Source: a virus (Duplodnaviria > Caudoviricetes). From it: DNA of 54,454 nt. The position numbers and the translations under genes are program-made. Positions 1 to 8,543 of this stretch are shown one piece after another (position 1 is the stretch's first letter; the number at the start of each line of letters is the position of its first letter). The notes beneath the pieces were generated by a model that was not told the DNA's origin, made no database searches, and saw nothing but the letters and a program-made list of their open reading frames with translations. The DNA lies in the IMG/VR virus record IMGVR_UViG_3300031974_003269, positions 1 through 54,454 of that record; one strand, 5' to 3'.

Positions 1-621
1 TTGAGTGCTGAGCATAAAGGATCCAACGTTAATACCATCCCGGTAGTACATCTTCCCGGCGGTAAATATCGGTACCGCTGCATGCTTATACGCAGTTCCC
101 TTAATTCTCCAGATGGCGAACGCATAGTTCTCACCATTATATTCGAATGGAAAGTTCGTGGTATCATCGCCACCTTTAATACATACCAACGCATCAGCGA
201 TAGGTTTCCAGCTTGCTGGATTTCCGTCCTGCCACACGAAGGTTGCTTCTGGGTCAGCTTCGAGTACCTCCGCCTTCGTATTGAAAATGCGAGGGATTTC
301 TCCGCTGTCCCATTCGATGTTCTCCTCGAACATTTTTCCGATACGGCAGATGGTAATTTCTACCTCTTGCTCCCCATTACTGATCTCGGTCTCACCGTCT
401 AGGACAATGGTTCCTTTTTTGTAGGTCTCAGACAATGCTCCAACCCCCTGTGCAATTTGCAGCTTAGGAAAGCTGATATCGCTAGCGTCGAAGTCACCCA
501 CCAGACCCGCGCCGGGAGCGATCGCCAAGGAAGCTGTTGGACTCCCCTCAATGATATCGCCTGTCGCGCTTGTTATTTCAGTCGTTTCGGACTGTGTTTC
601 AGATAATGCTGTTTTAGCCAT
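1..621 (-). CDS. Putative ssDNA-binding/annealing protein (runs off left edge; absent from ORF track)
   Basis: Manual translation MAKTALSETQ...DASDISFPKLQIAQGVG..., open to position 1; AGGAGA Shine-Dalgarno upstream; lies next to DUF2800 nuclease as in phage replication modules. Confidence 0.6.
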   Translation of the reverse strand, partial: MAKTALSETQSETTEITSATGDIIEGSPTASLAIAPGAGLVGDFDASDISFPKLQIAQGVGALSETYKKGTIVLDGETEISNGEQEVEITICRIGKMFEENIEWDSGEIPRIFNTKAEVLEADPEATFVWQDGNPASWKPIADALVCIKGGDDTTNFPFEYNGENYAFAIWRIKGTAYKHAAVPIFTAGKMYYRDGINVGSFMLSTQ

Positions 622-681
622 TTTATTTTTCTCCTTTTTTACTTTGTTATACTTATGTTAGGTAAATGTTATACATATTGT

Positions 682-1521
682 TTAAAGGTTCTGGGATTTA
701 CGTAGGTAAGGACTACGGTCCCGATCTTCTTCCGCGGGAAGCACGCCAGCTTCCTCGAGGCTTAGCTCAACAACACCGCGAGCATTCTTTTTCTGACCAC
801 GCTCCAACTTCTCAGAATACTTCTTTGCGAGCTTAGTTAGACTGACGCTGCATGCTGACATGAATTCGTCTGGTGTCATTAAATGCTCCAATGCATCATA
901 AGCTTCCTGCGCATCCTCAATCTTCATTACTGCGTTTCTGTAATGTAAATCATACCCAGGTATCTCCTCACCGTTTTCAACAGCCAGCTTCAATGCCTGC
1001 TTCTTCGCGGCTTCTTGCCACTTATTAACCACAGATGCTACATTTAGCATCTTAGATAAAACCACAGGATCCTCGACCTTTTCAGGAGCGTAACTACCCC
1101 ACAGAGTCATCTCAAAATCGTCTACACTTTCGCTGTACTTCTTCGCTAATGGCAGAAGCTTGTCGGATAGGGCGGGGCATTCCAACTTGTGCTTGCAGTA
1201 TTTGCAACCCTCAGTATTCGGAATTGCCTTCCTGTCCTCAGCCTCAGCGCGAGAGACAATCAGATTAATACGAAGACGGATATCTTCCATGTCTTCTTTC
1301 GTGTAGTCGTGTTTCAGTACTTCATCCCGTCGCGGGATAATAAAGTGAACTGTAGCAGTCTGTAGCTCAGGGAATTTGTCCATAACTCCCAGGAGGTACG
1401 CCTGCCCTTGTATGTTCATGTCAGCATCGTCGATTTCTCCGACGCCGAATTTAAAATCTACTATGTCTACATGAGTACCCTTAATAATTACTCTGTCGAC
1501 TGTCCCGAAAATCCTACTCAT
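682..1521 (-). CDS. DUF2800/Cas4-like PD-(D/E)XK nuclease, C-terminal part
   Basis: FGTVD...IVDFKFG catalytic motifs, Q..AY motif, CKYC...CP cluster; own SD GGAGGT 5 nt before ATG. Confidence 0.8.
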   Translation of the reverse strand: MSRIFGTVDRVIIKGTHVDIVDFKFGVGEIDDADMNIQGQAYLLGVMDKFPELQTATVHFIIPRRDEVLKHDYTKEDMEDIRLRINLIVSRAEAEDRKAIPNTEGCKYCKHKLECPALSDKLLPLAKKYSESVDDFEMTLWGSYAPEKVEDPVVLSKMLNVASVVNKWQEAAKKQALKLAVENGEEIPGYDLHYRNAVMKIEDAQEAYDALEHLMTPDEFMSACSVSLTKLAKKYSEKLERGQKKNARGVVELSLEEAGVLPAEEDRDRSPYLRKSQNL

Positions 1522-1554
1522 ACCAAACCTCCATGTTGTCTTTAAGAAGTCTCA

Positions 1555-1692
1555 TTAATTCTTTTTCCATTTTGATCGCGTAAATAGGAATGATATCATC
1601 AGTAGTAATGATACAGATGCCGTTACTACGCCGTAAAACCCCAGTAGCCACAACAGGACTTCGATCAAGGAGAAGTTGGAGTCGGTATTCAT
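1555..1692 (-). CDS. Small single-pass membrane protein (45 aa) between the two nuclease halves
   Basis: Manual translation MNTDSNFSLIEVLLWLLGFYGVVTASVSLLLMISFLFTRSKWKKN; TAATG coupling to upstream stop. Confidence 0.55.
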   Translation of the reverse strand: MNTDSNFSLIEVLLWLLGFYGVVTASVSLLLMISFLFTRSKWKKN

Positions 1693-1964
1693 TACTCTTC
1701 TCCATGGCGGATTGAAACTCGCAATTCTTTATAGATATCATCTGCGACATCCTCCATTGGTTGAATGTAATCTAAGCAGGATACAACCAAGCGAATCTGC
1801 TCATCGCTTAAGCCATCCATGTTCCCGGTCTCCGCAGCCGAGTGAAGCATAGTCCCTTCTTCCGCGAATGGATTTGTCTCATCGCTGCTTCGATAGCTTG
1901 GACAAATCTCCACATATTTCAGTGTGCTCGGTCCAAGCTCGTGGTGATCTTCCGGACTACTCAT
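1692..1964 (-). CDS. DUF2800/Cas4-like nuclease, N-terminal part
   Basis: HHELGPSTL...CP...AEEGTMLH...ELRV matches the typical N-terminus of this family. Confidence 0.75.
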   Translation of the reverse strand: MSSPEDHHELGPSTLKYVEICPSYRSSDETNPFAEEGTMLHSAAETGNMDGLSDEQIRLVVSCLDYIQPMEDVADDIYKELRVSIRHGEE

Positions 1965-2133
1965 CGCAATCAAGCCCCCATTCATCAGCCAAAATGTGCT
2001 GGTCAACAGTCGCAGGGTGAAAGCCGGAGGACACGAGCAGTCCCTTGATCGCTTCAAGAGTAGTCAAAATATCTGAATCATCCGGAACATCTGTGGTCAC
2101 GGTAGTGTCTCTATTAATTATCGTTATTCTCAT
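1957..2133 (-). CDS. Hypothetical protein (58 aa)
   Basis: Start chosen at MRITIINRD; overlaps neighbours in a tightly packed operon. Confidence 0.6.
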   Translation of the reverse strand: MRITIINRDTTVTTDVPDDSDILTTLEAIKGLLVSSGFHPATVDQHILADEWGLDCDE

Positions 2134-2398
2134 CACCTTCCTTATTTTCGAGCCCTTCATTATCATCCCTCTCCGCATCGATACTAGCGAGATAGGCCTC
2201 AAGACCTTCGCGAAGGGCGATAGAAACATAGTCATCATCCGTGGCAACTTCCTTACCCCACGCGACCATGGTTTCCTTCGTAGAATCCTCCATCTCAAGT
2301 TCCATGCCAACATATGCTTCATCCCACTCCCTCACTATGCGTATGACCGGTAAATCTCCGTCTATTATTTCCTTTAATGTTTTATCAGGAATCCCCAT
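2114..2398 (-). CDS. Hypothetical protein, probable paralog of 5631-5906
   Basis: Operon packing, GGAGG upstream; shared ELxM...GxEV...LR..L pattern. Confidence 0.65.
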   Translation of the reverse strand: MGIPDKTLKEIIDGDLPVIRIVREWDEAYVGMELEMEDSTKETMVAWGKEVATDDDYVSIALREGLEAYLASIDAERDDNEGLENKEGDENNDN

Positions 2399-2726
2399 CT
2401 TTTCTGTCCTCCTTTTTGTCTATGGCTTTAGCTATAAAAACTAACATCTCATGGATCTGGTTAATCTTTTGCTGAAGGCCGTGTATTTGCATCTGCTGAA
2501 ATCCGAGATACTTAATTACTGCGTCATCTTCGGGATTAACTTTAAGTTCGTGGTCGAGCATTGCGGTCACTCTACCTGCAAGAACTCTAAGCTCTTCCTT
2601 TTGCTGATCCGGTAAGTCTTCCAAGGTATTTACTACCTGAAAGCTGCTGTTAAGGATGTCCTCTAATTCAGGAAACTTGTCAAATTCGGGGTCAGGCTCG
2701 TTAAAGAAATCAGGATTAAGTCTCAT
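2385..2726 (-). CDS. Hypothetical helical protein
   Basis: Start MRLNPDFF immediately after ACACACCA leader. Confidence 0.65.
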   Translation of the reverse strand: MRLNPDFFNEPDPEFDKFPELEDILNSSFQVVNTLEDLPDQQKEELRVLAGRVTAMLDHELKVNPEDDAVIKYLGFQQMQIHGLQQKINQIHEMLVFIAKAIDKKEDRKDGDS

Positions 2727-2757
2727 AATGGTGTGTTGTTTGTGGTTGTGAGTTAGC

Positions 2758-2773
2758 GCCGATTGCAGTCGGC
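2758..2773 (-). promoter_or_regulatory. GCCGACTGCAATCGGC leader hairpin/near-palindrome, copy 1
   Basis: Identical 16-mer at 5524-5539; follows candidate TTGCTT-17-AACAAT promoter. Confidence 0.6.
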
Positions 2774-2967
2774 TGTTCATATTGTTCTACGTTTGCAGAA
2801 CAAAAGCAATCATAAAAATGGTCTTTCCAAAGGTTTTTTTTCGGGTGAGCATTCGCATCGGCAAATCAATTTGCACCCAAGTCTACGGGCGAAAATTAAA
2901 AACCGGACGGTTTGTTCAAAGACATATTTTACGAAACGATATAATTTATATTTCATACTATCATTAA

Positions 2968-4287
2968 TTATAAAACAGGGTTGAGCTCATCATCATTGAT
3001 GAGGTCCAGATTGTTGAGCTTCTTCCGAACGAGCTGGCAGACACGCATTTCAACCGTTCCCTCAGCAAAGACTATCTTCTGAATTGCAGGAGTCTTAGCA
3101 CCCGCACGATGGATACGACCCAATGCCTGGCGGAAATCTATCGCACTAAAGCTGGGCGAGATAAGAGATACACGCGGATGGTTGCCGTTCTTATCGTGCA
3201 GAGACAACCCCGTACCTCCCGCCTGAATCGTGCAGAGCATGATACGGGCGACATCGTTCTCGAAGCCAAGACATTGAAGCTCGCGCTCCGTTTCTGTCTG
3301 CCCGCCATGAACCATACGAATCTCGCACAGACCAGCCAGACGCTTCAATAATGCCTCCATGCTCTGACGGAAATTTACGAAGATGACAACAGAGTTACCA
3401 TTCTCGTACGCATCCCTGGCAAGATCTTCGAACAATGGAACCTTTAATAATTCCACCTCCTGCCGAGCACGAAGCTGGGCGACAAGCGGGCTGTCACTCT
3501 CATCATTACTCTTCTTCTCCTCAAGCTCCAAAAGCTCATCCTTTAGATCATCATAGATCTGAGTAATATCATCAGCGGCACTAAGATCATAGCCATCAGC
3601 CATGATTAAATTATTGGGGAAGGAGCCGGGGGGCAGATTCGCAATCTTGATCCTGCTCCCCCGTCCTTCCTTATAGATGTGGTCGTGCAGACGCTTAAGG
3701 ACGGATTTAGCGTTACCAAACGTCAAGCCACCGAATACGCCACGCTTACATCCATTCTTTAAGCACCAGCGATACCAACCACGATCATCATGCATATCTA
3801 ACACATAACCAAGGGCACGCATTTCAGTTGGATTAGAACAACTGGTTGCTCCCAAACACAAAATCTTAAGGCCAGCGGTTTTCGCCCGAATCATCATCTT
3901 TGCATTCTCGCTCTTCGCTCCTTTGCATCGATGATCCTCGTCGAAAATCATTAAGACAGCAGCTCGTCTAAGACGCCACTTATCATCACGGTAATACTCT
4001 GTATTTCCGCGACGCATCTTCTCATAGGTGAAGACATATGGCTTCTTATAACCGAACTTCTTAGCCGCTTCCTTCCAACTAGGAACGACAGCCTTAGGGC
4101 ACAGGACGAAGGGCTCAAGTCCAAGGACGTTGGCCACATGCAAAGCGACATATGTTTTACCGGTGCCGGTATCCGATCCATCCTTAGCATACCCATTTAA
4201 GGCGACAGAGGTGACCAGATTACTGGCGTGCTCCTTCTGCCAGTCAAACAGATCCGGGGAAGTACTGAGTTCTGTCTTTGTCGTCAT
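2968..4287 (-). CDS. Superfamily 2 (SNF2-like) helicase
   Basis: DTGTGKT Walker A, DEDH Walker B, GAT motif III, GGTGLSL, QALGRIHR motif VI. Confidence 0.9.
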   Translation of the reverse strand: MTTKTELSTSPDLFDWQKEHASNLVTSVALNGYAKDGSDTGTGKTYVALHVANVLGLEPFVLCPKAVVPSWKEAAKKFGYKKPYVFTYEKMRRGNTEYYRDDKWRLRRAAVLMIFDEDHRCKGAKSENAKMMIRAKTAGLKILCLGATSCSNPTEMRALGYVLDMHDDRGWYRWCLKNGCKRGVFGGLTFGNAKSVLKRLHDHIYKEGRGSRIKIANLPPGSFPNNLIMADGYDLSAADDITQIYDDLKDELLELEEKKSNDESDSPLVAQLRARQEVELLKVPLFEDLARDAYENGNSVVIFVNFRQSMEALLKRLAGLCEIRMVHGGQTETERELQCLGFENDVARIMLCTIQAGGTGLSLHDKNGNHPRVSLISPSFSAIDFRQALGRIHRAGAKTPAIQKIVFAEGTVEMRVCQLVRKKLNNLDLINDDELNPVL

Positions 4288-4645
4288 TTTGTTTTAAAAC
4301 TCCTAGCCAATCGCTCTCCTTTAAACCTTCGCGAAGATTCAATGATCGAATGTGCTTCCACATTTTTCGCAGTGCTTGTTCCTCGATTTGTCGAACCCTC
4401 TCGCGCGTAACTCCCATGATCGTACCGATCTCCTCAAGAGTGTATTGCTTACCTCCCTTGGCGTTGAACCAGATTTCATCGCCATGACGGTCAATAAAAC
4501 TGCGCTGACCAAGCATAAATTCGCGAAGACGAACATCAGCATTAGATGCGTTATCATCATACAAATTGTCTACTTTTTTCTCGAAGGCACTTTTGGTCTC
4601 AGGCGGCGGCTTGATCGCTCTCGCGTATCCTTTTCGCTTCTTCAA
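4244..4645 (-). CDS. Stand-alone sigma-70 region 4 HTH protein (start uncertain: TTG 4645, ATG 4516 or ATG 4831)
   Basis: YTLEEIGTIMGVTRERVRQIEEQALRKM is a canonical region 4.2 motif; no region 2 visible. Confidence 0.8.
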   Translation of the reverse strand: MKKRKGYARAIKPPPETKSAFEKKVDNLYDDNASNADVRLREFMLGQRSFIDRHGDEIWFNAKGGKQYTLEEIGTIMGVTRERVRQIEEQALRKMWKHIRSLNLREGLKESDWLGVLKQNDDKDRTQYFPGSV

Positions 4646-4847
4646 AGACCGACGCGATCCCCGTGTAACCTTTCCGGAGCCGCTGGCTTTCTTTGATGAT
4701 TGTTGTGAAATCTTCGTGGTAGACTTCTTTCGTCGTGAAACGCGTTCCGCAAGCAGGGCATTCGCGGCGTCGTCGAACGTATTTTTTGTTTCCTGCATGT
4801 CTAGTATCCTTGCAGTAGGTTCCGGCTCCACACTTCGGACAGTACAT
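4599..4847 (-). CDS. NrdR-N/Ogr-Delta-like zinc-ribbon protein
   Basis: CPKCG...DTR...RRRRECPACGTRFTTKE; no ATP-cone. Confidence 0.8.
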   Translation of the reverse strand: MYCPKCGAGTYCKDTRHAGNKKYVRRRRECPACGTRFTTKEVYHEDFTTIIKESQRLRKGYTGIASVFEEAKRIRESDQAAA

Positions 4848-4850
4848 AGC

Positions 4851-5069
4851 TCATGCCCTTGCTTTCACGCGTTTCCTCATCCGCTCGGATATAAAACGAT
4901 AATCCTGCGGCCTCTGAGATAACAGGCTCATGTCCTCATCGACATATAAAACCTGACCCTTATCAAATTCCTCGAGCATCGACTCCATCTTAACTATACG
5001 CTCAATGACGCCTGATAACGCAGTTTCTACCTGCTCGAGCTTATTTCCTAACAAATTTAATTCTTTCAT
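4851..5069 (-). CDS. Hypothetical protein
   Basis: Operon packing, coiled-coil character. Confidence 0.6.
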   Translation of the reverse strand: MKELNLLGNKLEQVETALSGVIERIVKMESMLEEFDKGQVLYVDEDMSLLSQRPQDYRFISERMRKRVKARA

Positions 5070-5269
5070 CTATAATTTTTTTGGTGGGTGAAATCTATGG
5101 CGGGTTCGTGCTTCTCGAAATAGCCAGCATCGCCAACAGCTTTGGCCATTTCATAAAAGACATCGGGCATAGCCTTCGGGCCTCGCTCCGCAAGCTCCTC
5201 AATCCAGCGCTCGAGGCGCATAAGCATGAGGTCGTAGCCCCGGTCTGTTTTCTCTATCTGCTCGCTCAT
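5066..5269 (-). CDS. Hypothetical protein
   Basis: 4-nt overlaps with both neighbours. Confidence 0.6.
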   Translation of the reverse strand: MSEQIEKTDRGYDLMLMRLERWIEELAERGPKAMPDVFYEMAKAVGDAGYFEKHEPAIDFTHQKNYR

Positions 5270-5499
5270 ACAAGACCCCCCAAGCGAAGTTTAAGCTCAG
5301 ACAGCTCTTCCTTTACTTGGAGAATCTCGGGACGAACAGCCCGCTCCTCCATAGTGCCGACAGATAAATTAAAGATCACTAAGGATCCATCTGTATCCGG
5401 CTTAGGATTCGCTAAGACCATTATCACATGGGCGGGATTAATATAGATGGGGGCGTCATTGGTGGCTCCCGTAACTTCGACTAGCTGTGTTTGACTCAT
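5266..5499 (-). CDS. Hypothetical protein
   Basis: Start follows ACACACCA leader; IYINPAHV beta-rich pattern. Confidence 0.65.
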   Translation of the reverse strand: MSQTQLVEVTGATNDAPIYINPAHVIMVLANPKPDTDGSLVIFNLSVGTMEERAVRPEILQVKEELSELKLRLGGLV

Positions 5500-5523
5500 T
5501 GGTGTGTTGATTTATTGGTTAAT

Positions 5524-5589
5524 GCCGATTGCAGTCGGCGGTTAATTAATGTTCCGCCAATGTACTCGCATTGTTATACATCCGTCAAA
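5524..5589 (-). promoter_or_regulatory. Sigma70-like promoter (TTGACG-18-TACATT) with TGTATAACA box, followed by leader hairpin copy 2
   Basis: Read directly on minus strand. Confidence 0.6.
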
Positions 5590-5630
5590 TAAAAAGTTAA
5601 GTTTTTTTCGACAGGGCTGGAGCCCGCTAT

Positions 5631-5906
5631 TTAAGCGGACTTCGCAGCCTGATTCTCCTCGTGAATGCGACTCAATCTTTCGATTAATGCACCACGAAGA
5701 CCGGTATTTAATAAGTCAACCTGGTTGGTGACCTCGCTACCGTACTTGATAAAGATACCAGCCAATTCCTCGCTCATATCTAATTCGAGATGGAACTCAC
5801 GAGGATCGCCCTCCGGATGATCGATGCGAACCACATCAATACTACCGAGGATCTCATGCCCCGTACGCCCATCAATTTTAACCTCATCCACGTTATTATC
5901 TGTCAT
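5631..5906 (-). CDS. Hypothetical protein, probable paralog of 2114-2398
   Basis: Operon packing; shared motif. Confidence 0.65.
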   Translation of the reverse strand: MTDNNVDEVKIDGRTGHEILGSIDVVRIDHPEGDPREFHLELDMSEELAGIFIKYGSEVTNQVDLLNTGLRGALIERLSRIHEENQAAKSA

Positions 5907-6105
5907 AATTTAAAAATACATATATCGGCGTATCCTCGCCCATGCTTGCTCCATCTATATTAAACCAAAAGAAATCCTCTGCCTCCTCATAAGTCATACC
6001 ATCCCGCAAAACCAAGACATCTATCATAGCATCCGCATCATAGATAGCCCGGTTCTTGCTGTCCTTACCAATAAGGCACGAATCAAATCCATCAGCGCGT
6101 AACAT
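5896..6105 (-). CDS. Conserved phage hypothetical protein
   Basis: ADGFD..IG...AIYD...GMTYEEA..FFWFNI.G..MGE.TP pattern common in environmental phages. Confidence 0.75.
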   Translation of the reverse strand: MLRADGFDSCLIGKDSKNRAIYDADAMIDVLVLRDGMTYEEAEDFFWFNIDGASMGEDTPIYVFLNYDR

Positions 6106-6186
6106 ATCATTTACCCCCGCAAAAAACATCGAATGCCAGTATCGCAAACAGCACCATGCAAAATACTGACATTAAAGAATTAAAAT

Positions 6187-6639
6187 CTAAGCCGCCCATT
6201 TCCTCGCCCAATCTAATATCATTACAGCATCGGCTGTTGCATTTGTGATCTTAACATCAGGATACAGACGCGAGGCATTATCTTTAATCGCACGCTTGCG
6301 ATCAGTATATCCCATCTTAGGCTTCAAACCTCTCAAGCCCTTCTGCCAGACCTTTGGCTTAACCAATTCGACCGGAAAACGCTTAGCCCGAAGAGCTCCT
6401 ATTATAAACCCAAAATTATACCCCAATTTAAATGAACTAGCATTCGAGGTAGCCGAGGCCACGAAGGCGGGCACATCTTCCACAACCGCTAAATACCCAG
6501 CCGGATTTATTGGAATTAAAAACTCCAAGAGATCAGCCTCAGTCTTAAAGCTGTAAGTCTCCACGCTCTCGCCATAGGGCTCTTGCCAAGCCCATCCACC
6601 CGAAGCTCCTGGGTCAAATGCTATAAGTCCACGGATCAA
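6187..6639 (-). CDS. RuvC-like Holliday junction resolvase
   Basis: IAFDPGASGG, VVEDV, FKLG..FG, PKVWQK, ADAVMI motifs. Confidence 0.85.
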   Translation of the reverse strand: MIRGLIAFDPGASGGWAWQEPYGESVETYSFKTEADLLEFLIPINPAGYLAVVEDVPAFVASATSNASSFKLGYNFGFIIGALRAKRFPVELVKPKVWQKGLRGLKPKMGYTDRKRAIKDNASRLYPDVKITNATADAVMILDWARKWAA

Positions 6640-6791
6640 GATTCTTTAGGCTCGTGCTCCCTAAGATACAAGGTCACTGCCTTGCGGACCAATTGACTTG
6701 GCGTCGTTACCTCATGATCAGCCAGCTTCTTTAATCTATCAAGAAGATCTGATTCTACCCGAATGTTTAACTGAGTGTCTTTGCTCGCCAT
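6636..6791 (-). CDS. Ribbon-helix-helix (CopG/Arc-like) regulator
   Basis: QLNIRVESDLLDRLKKLA...PSQLVRKAV. Confidence 0.85.
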   Translation of the reverse strand: MASKDTQLNIRVESDLLDRLKKLADHEVTTPSQLVRKAVTLYLREHEPKES

Positions 6792-6927
6792 TACACAGGT
6801 TATACATCGAATAGGCATTGTATCGCAATCGATTGGACTACTTTTTTGCGCATTTATTTGCAAAATACTAGATGTTGTGTATACATTGTTATACACACCC
6901 TAATAATAACTACACACCACATGAATA

Positions 6928-7215
6928 ATGAAAAAGAAAATTGCCCAAAAAAAGAAAGCCGTCGGTCATGCGTCAAAGGTCGAAGGTCGTGAGTCGAAGG
7001 ATATAACCTGTGCAGTAAGACTACCCCGGTCGATGTACGATGCGCTGGATAATTGCGCAAAGCTCAAGAAAACGTCTCTCTCAGACATCATCCGTGATGC
7101 TCTTGTAGCCAAAATGGATGAGGTTCAGGCAGAGGAGCGTGAGAAAATATTGAAAGAGGCTGAATACGAGGCGCGACTACGCGAGCTTGGTGTTGACCCT
7201 CGCAAAACTGCTTAA
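6928..7215 (+). CDS. Ribbon-helix-helix regulator, divergent
   Basis: AVRLPRSMYDALD...SLSDIIRDAL. Confidence 0.8.
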   Translation: MKKKIAQKKKAVGHASKVEGRESKDITCAVRLPRSMYDALDNCAKLKKTSLSDIIRDALVAKMDEVQAEEREKILKEAEYEARLRELGVDPRKTA

Positions 7216-7315
7216 CACCTTCTAGATACCTCTAAGCGCCTTAAACCGGTGTTTCCTTCGAGATGCCAATTTAAGGTTCTTTTGTGCCCGCATATTTCGA
7301 GTCGTAGGGTTCTAA

Positions 7316-7620
7316 ATGTTTCGATTTGGTTTAGTCGGGACAGAACCATTTTCATAAGTCGTTGATATTACATAATCTCGGAAGGCAATATGGTTTTATG
7401 GTTTTATTTATTATATTCTATAGAGTATATATATATTATATAGGGGGAGCAGGAATACATACGGAATACACAAACCAGACCCAAACCAAAACCAAAAACC
7501 ATAAAACCATATTTTTGTTGCAATTAATTAAAATTCAAAGGTTTATGCGTATGGTTTATGTCAAAAACGCCCTAAAATAAACCATTTTTGTTCAAAATAG
7601 AACCTTTTAGAACCTTATTC
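7316..7620. repeat. AT-rich region with AAACC/GGTTT repeats and 19-bp perfect inverted repeat; candidate replication origin
   Basis: AATATGGTTTTATGGTTTT 7387-7405 and its reverse complement at 7495-7513 flank a TATATA tract. Confidence 0.6.
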
Positions 7621-7730
7621 CATGATCATCGACCAGTCGAATTCGGGGTCATTTGTTCTGACTGATATCACCAACTTGGTGCTGTGGCATATCAAAATGT
7701 GTAGGTGCTTACCTACAAAATTCTGCTCGA

Positions 7731-7979
7731 TCACTTTTTCGTCTTCCTTTTTCGAGGAAAGCTACGATTCTTACTTTTTGAGACTACTCTGAGATTCTTT
7801 GACCGGTTATCAGCAGTGTTTCGATTCTTATGATCGACATCTTTGCCGTCGCCCTTTCGAGCACGGCCTGCTTTGACCATTTTCGACCTGGCAGCATTGC
7901 GCTGAGCCCTTCGCTTCTTTTGCTTTGGCTTTGCGTGGTATGTTTTATACTCACGCTTATAATTACGTGGTGCTGGCAT
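7731..7979 (-). CDS. Small HNH-like protein
   Basis: RNYKREY...GDGKDVDHK...N...NLRVVS...NRS. Confidence 0.75.
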   Translation of the reverse strand: MPAPRNYKREYKTYHAKPKQKKRRAQRNAARSKMVKAGRARKGDGKDVDHKNRNTADNRSKNLRVVSKSKNRSFPRKRKTKK

Positions 7980-8089
7980 ACTATTGATCATCAGTCAACA
8001 ATCAGCAGTTATCAACCGAATGTACGTACAACGTATAAGATTTCAAATATTCTTGCGCTATCGGTAACCATGTATCTTCATTGCGTTTA

Positions 8090-8311
8090 ATGGAATCGGC
8101 CCAAAAAAAGAGACGTAAAGTCATACAAATATCGGTGACTATGGATGAAGAACTCAAGCACAAGTACGCCCGCCTTGCTGTTGAGCTCGACCTATCCTTC
8201 AGTCAATTAGTACGTTACGCACTTCGCCGTGTAGCCGACGGCGTTGAGGATTTGAGGAGCATTGAAAAGCATAACAGAAATCAAAACGATGGACACGATA
8301 TGTCTACCTAA
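8090..8311 (+). CDS. Ribbon-helix-helix regulator
   Basis: QISVTMDEELK...LSFSQLVRYAL. Confidence 0.8.
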   Translation: MESAQKKRRKVIQISVTMDEELKHKYARLAVELDLSFSQLVRYALRRVADGVEDLRSIEKHNRNQNDGHDMST

Positions 8312-8323
8312 ACCCTTATAAAT

Positions 8324-8353
8324 AAAAAAGGGCCGAGGCTGCAACCTCGACCC
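8324..8353 (-). terminator. Hairpin plus U-tract on minus strand; CTGCAA-loop hairpin on plus strand
   Basis: Minus strand reads GGGTCGAGG-TTGCAG-CCTCGGCCC-TTTTTT. Confidence 0.5.
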
Positions 8354-8378
8354 AAAGTAAATAATAACAACACACCAT

Positions 8379-8543
8379 ATGAAGCTATCGATTACTATTC
8401 CTACAAATGTACGTAATGTGCTGTCCGTCAATCGGATTCAGCATTTTTTATCGAGGCGGCCCGCTAGCTACTATCATTCAGACATTATTATAGCTAAGTT
8501 ACGACCGTCCTTTTCCCAATTTTATAAATTGGAAGAGGTGTAA
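8379..8543 (+). CDS. Possible 54-aa peptide
   Basis: ATG directly after ACACACCA leader, but overlaps a promoter and structured leader. Confidence 0.3.
   Translation: MKLSITIPTNVRNVLSVNRIQHFLSRRPASYYHSDIIIAKLRPSFSQFYKLEEV
8446..8481 (+). promoter_or_regulatory. Early promoter copy 1 (TTTTAT-17-TACTAT)
   Basis: GCCCGCTAGC(A)TACTATCATTCAG shared with 17463-17486. Confidence 0.6.

Noticed and set aside
1-424. Plus-strand ORFs 1-402 and 158-424
   Set aside because: Shadows of the minus-strand gene 1-621, which has an SD and fits the operon direction
682-1521. Cas4 as part of a CRISPR system
   Set aside because: No cas genes or array in the window; DUF2800 is a common phage replication-module nuclease
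1522-1694. Intron or ribosomal hop joining the nuclease halves
   Set aside because: No intron core; the repeated CATGGAG does not give an in-frame join; the downstream half has its own SD
7353-7375. TAAGTCGTTGATA recombinase/att-like half site
   Set aside because: Single imperfect copy, and no integrase or host junction in the window
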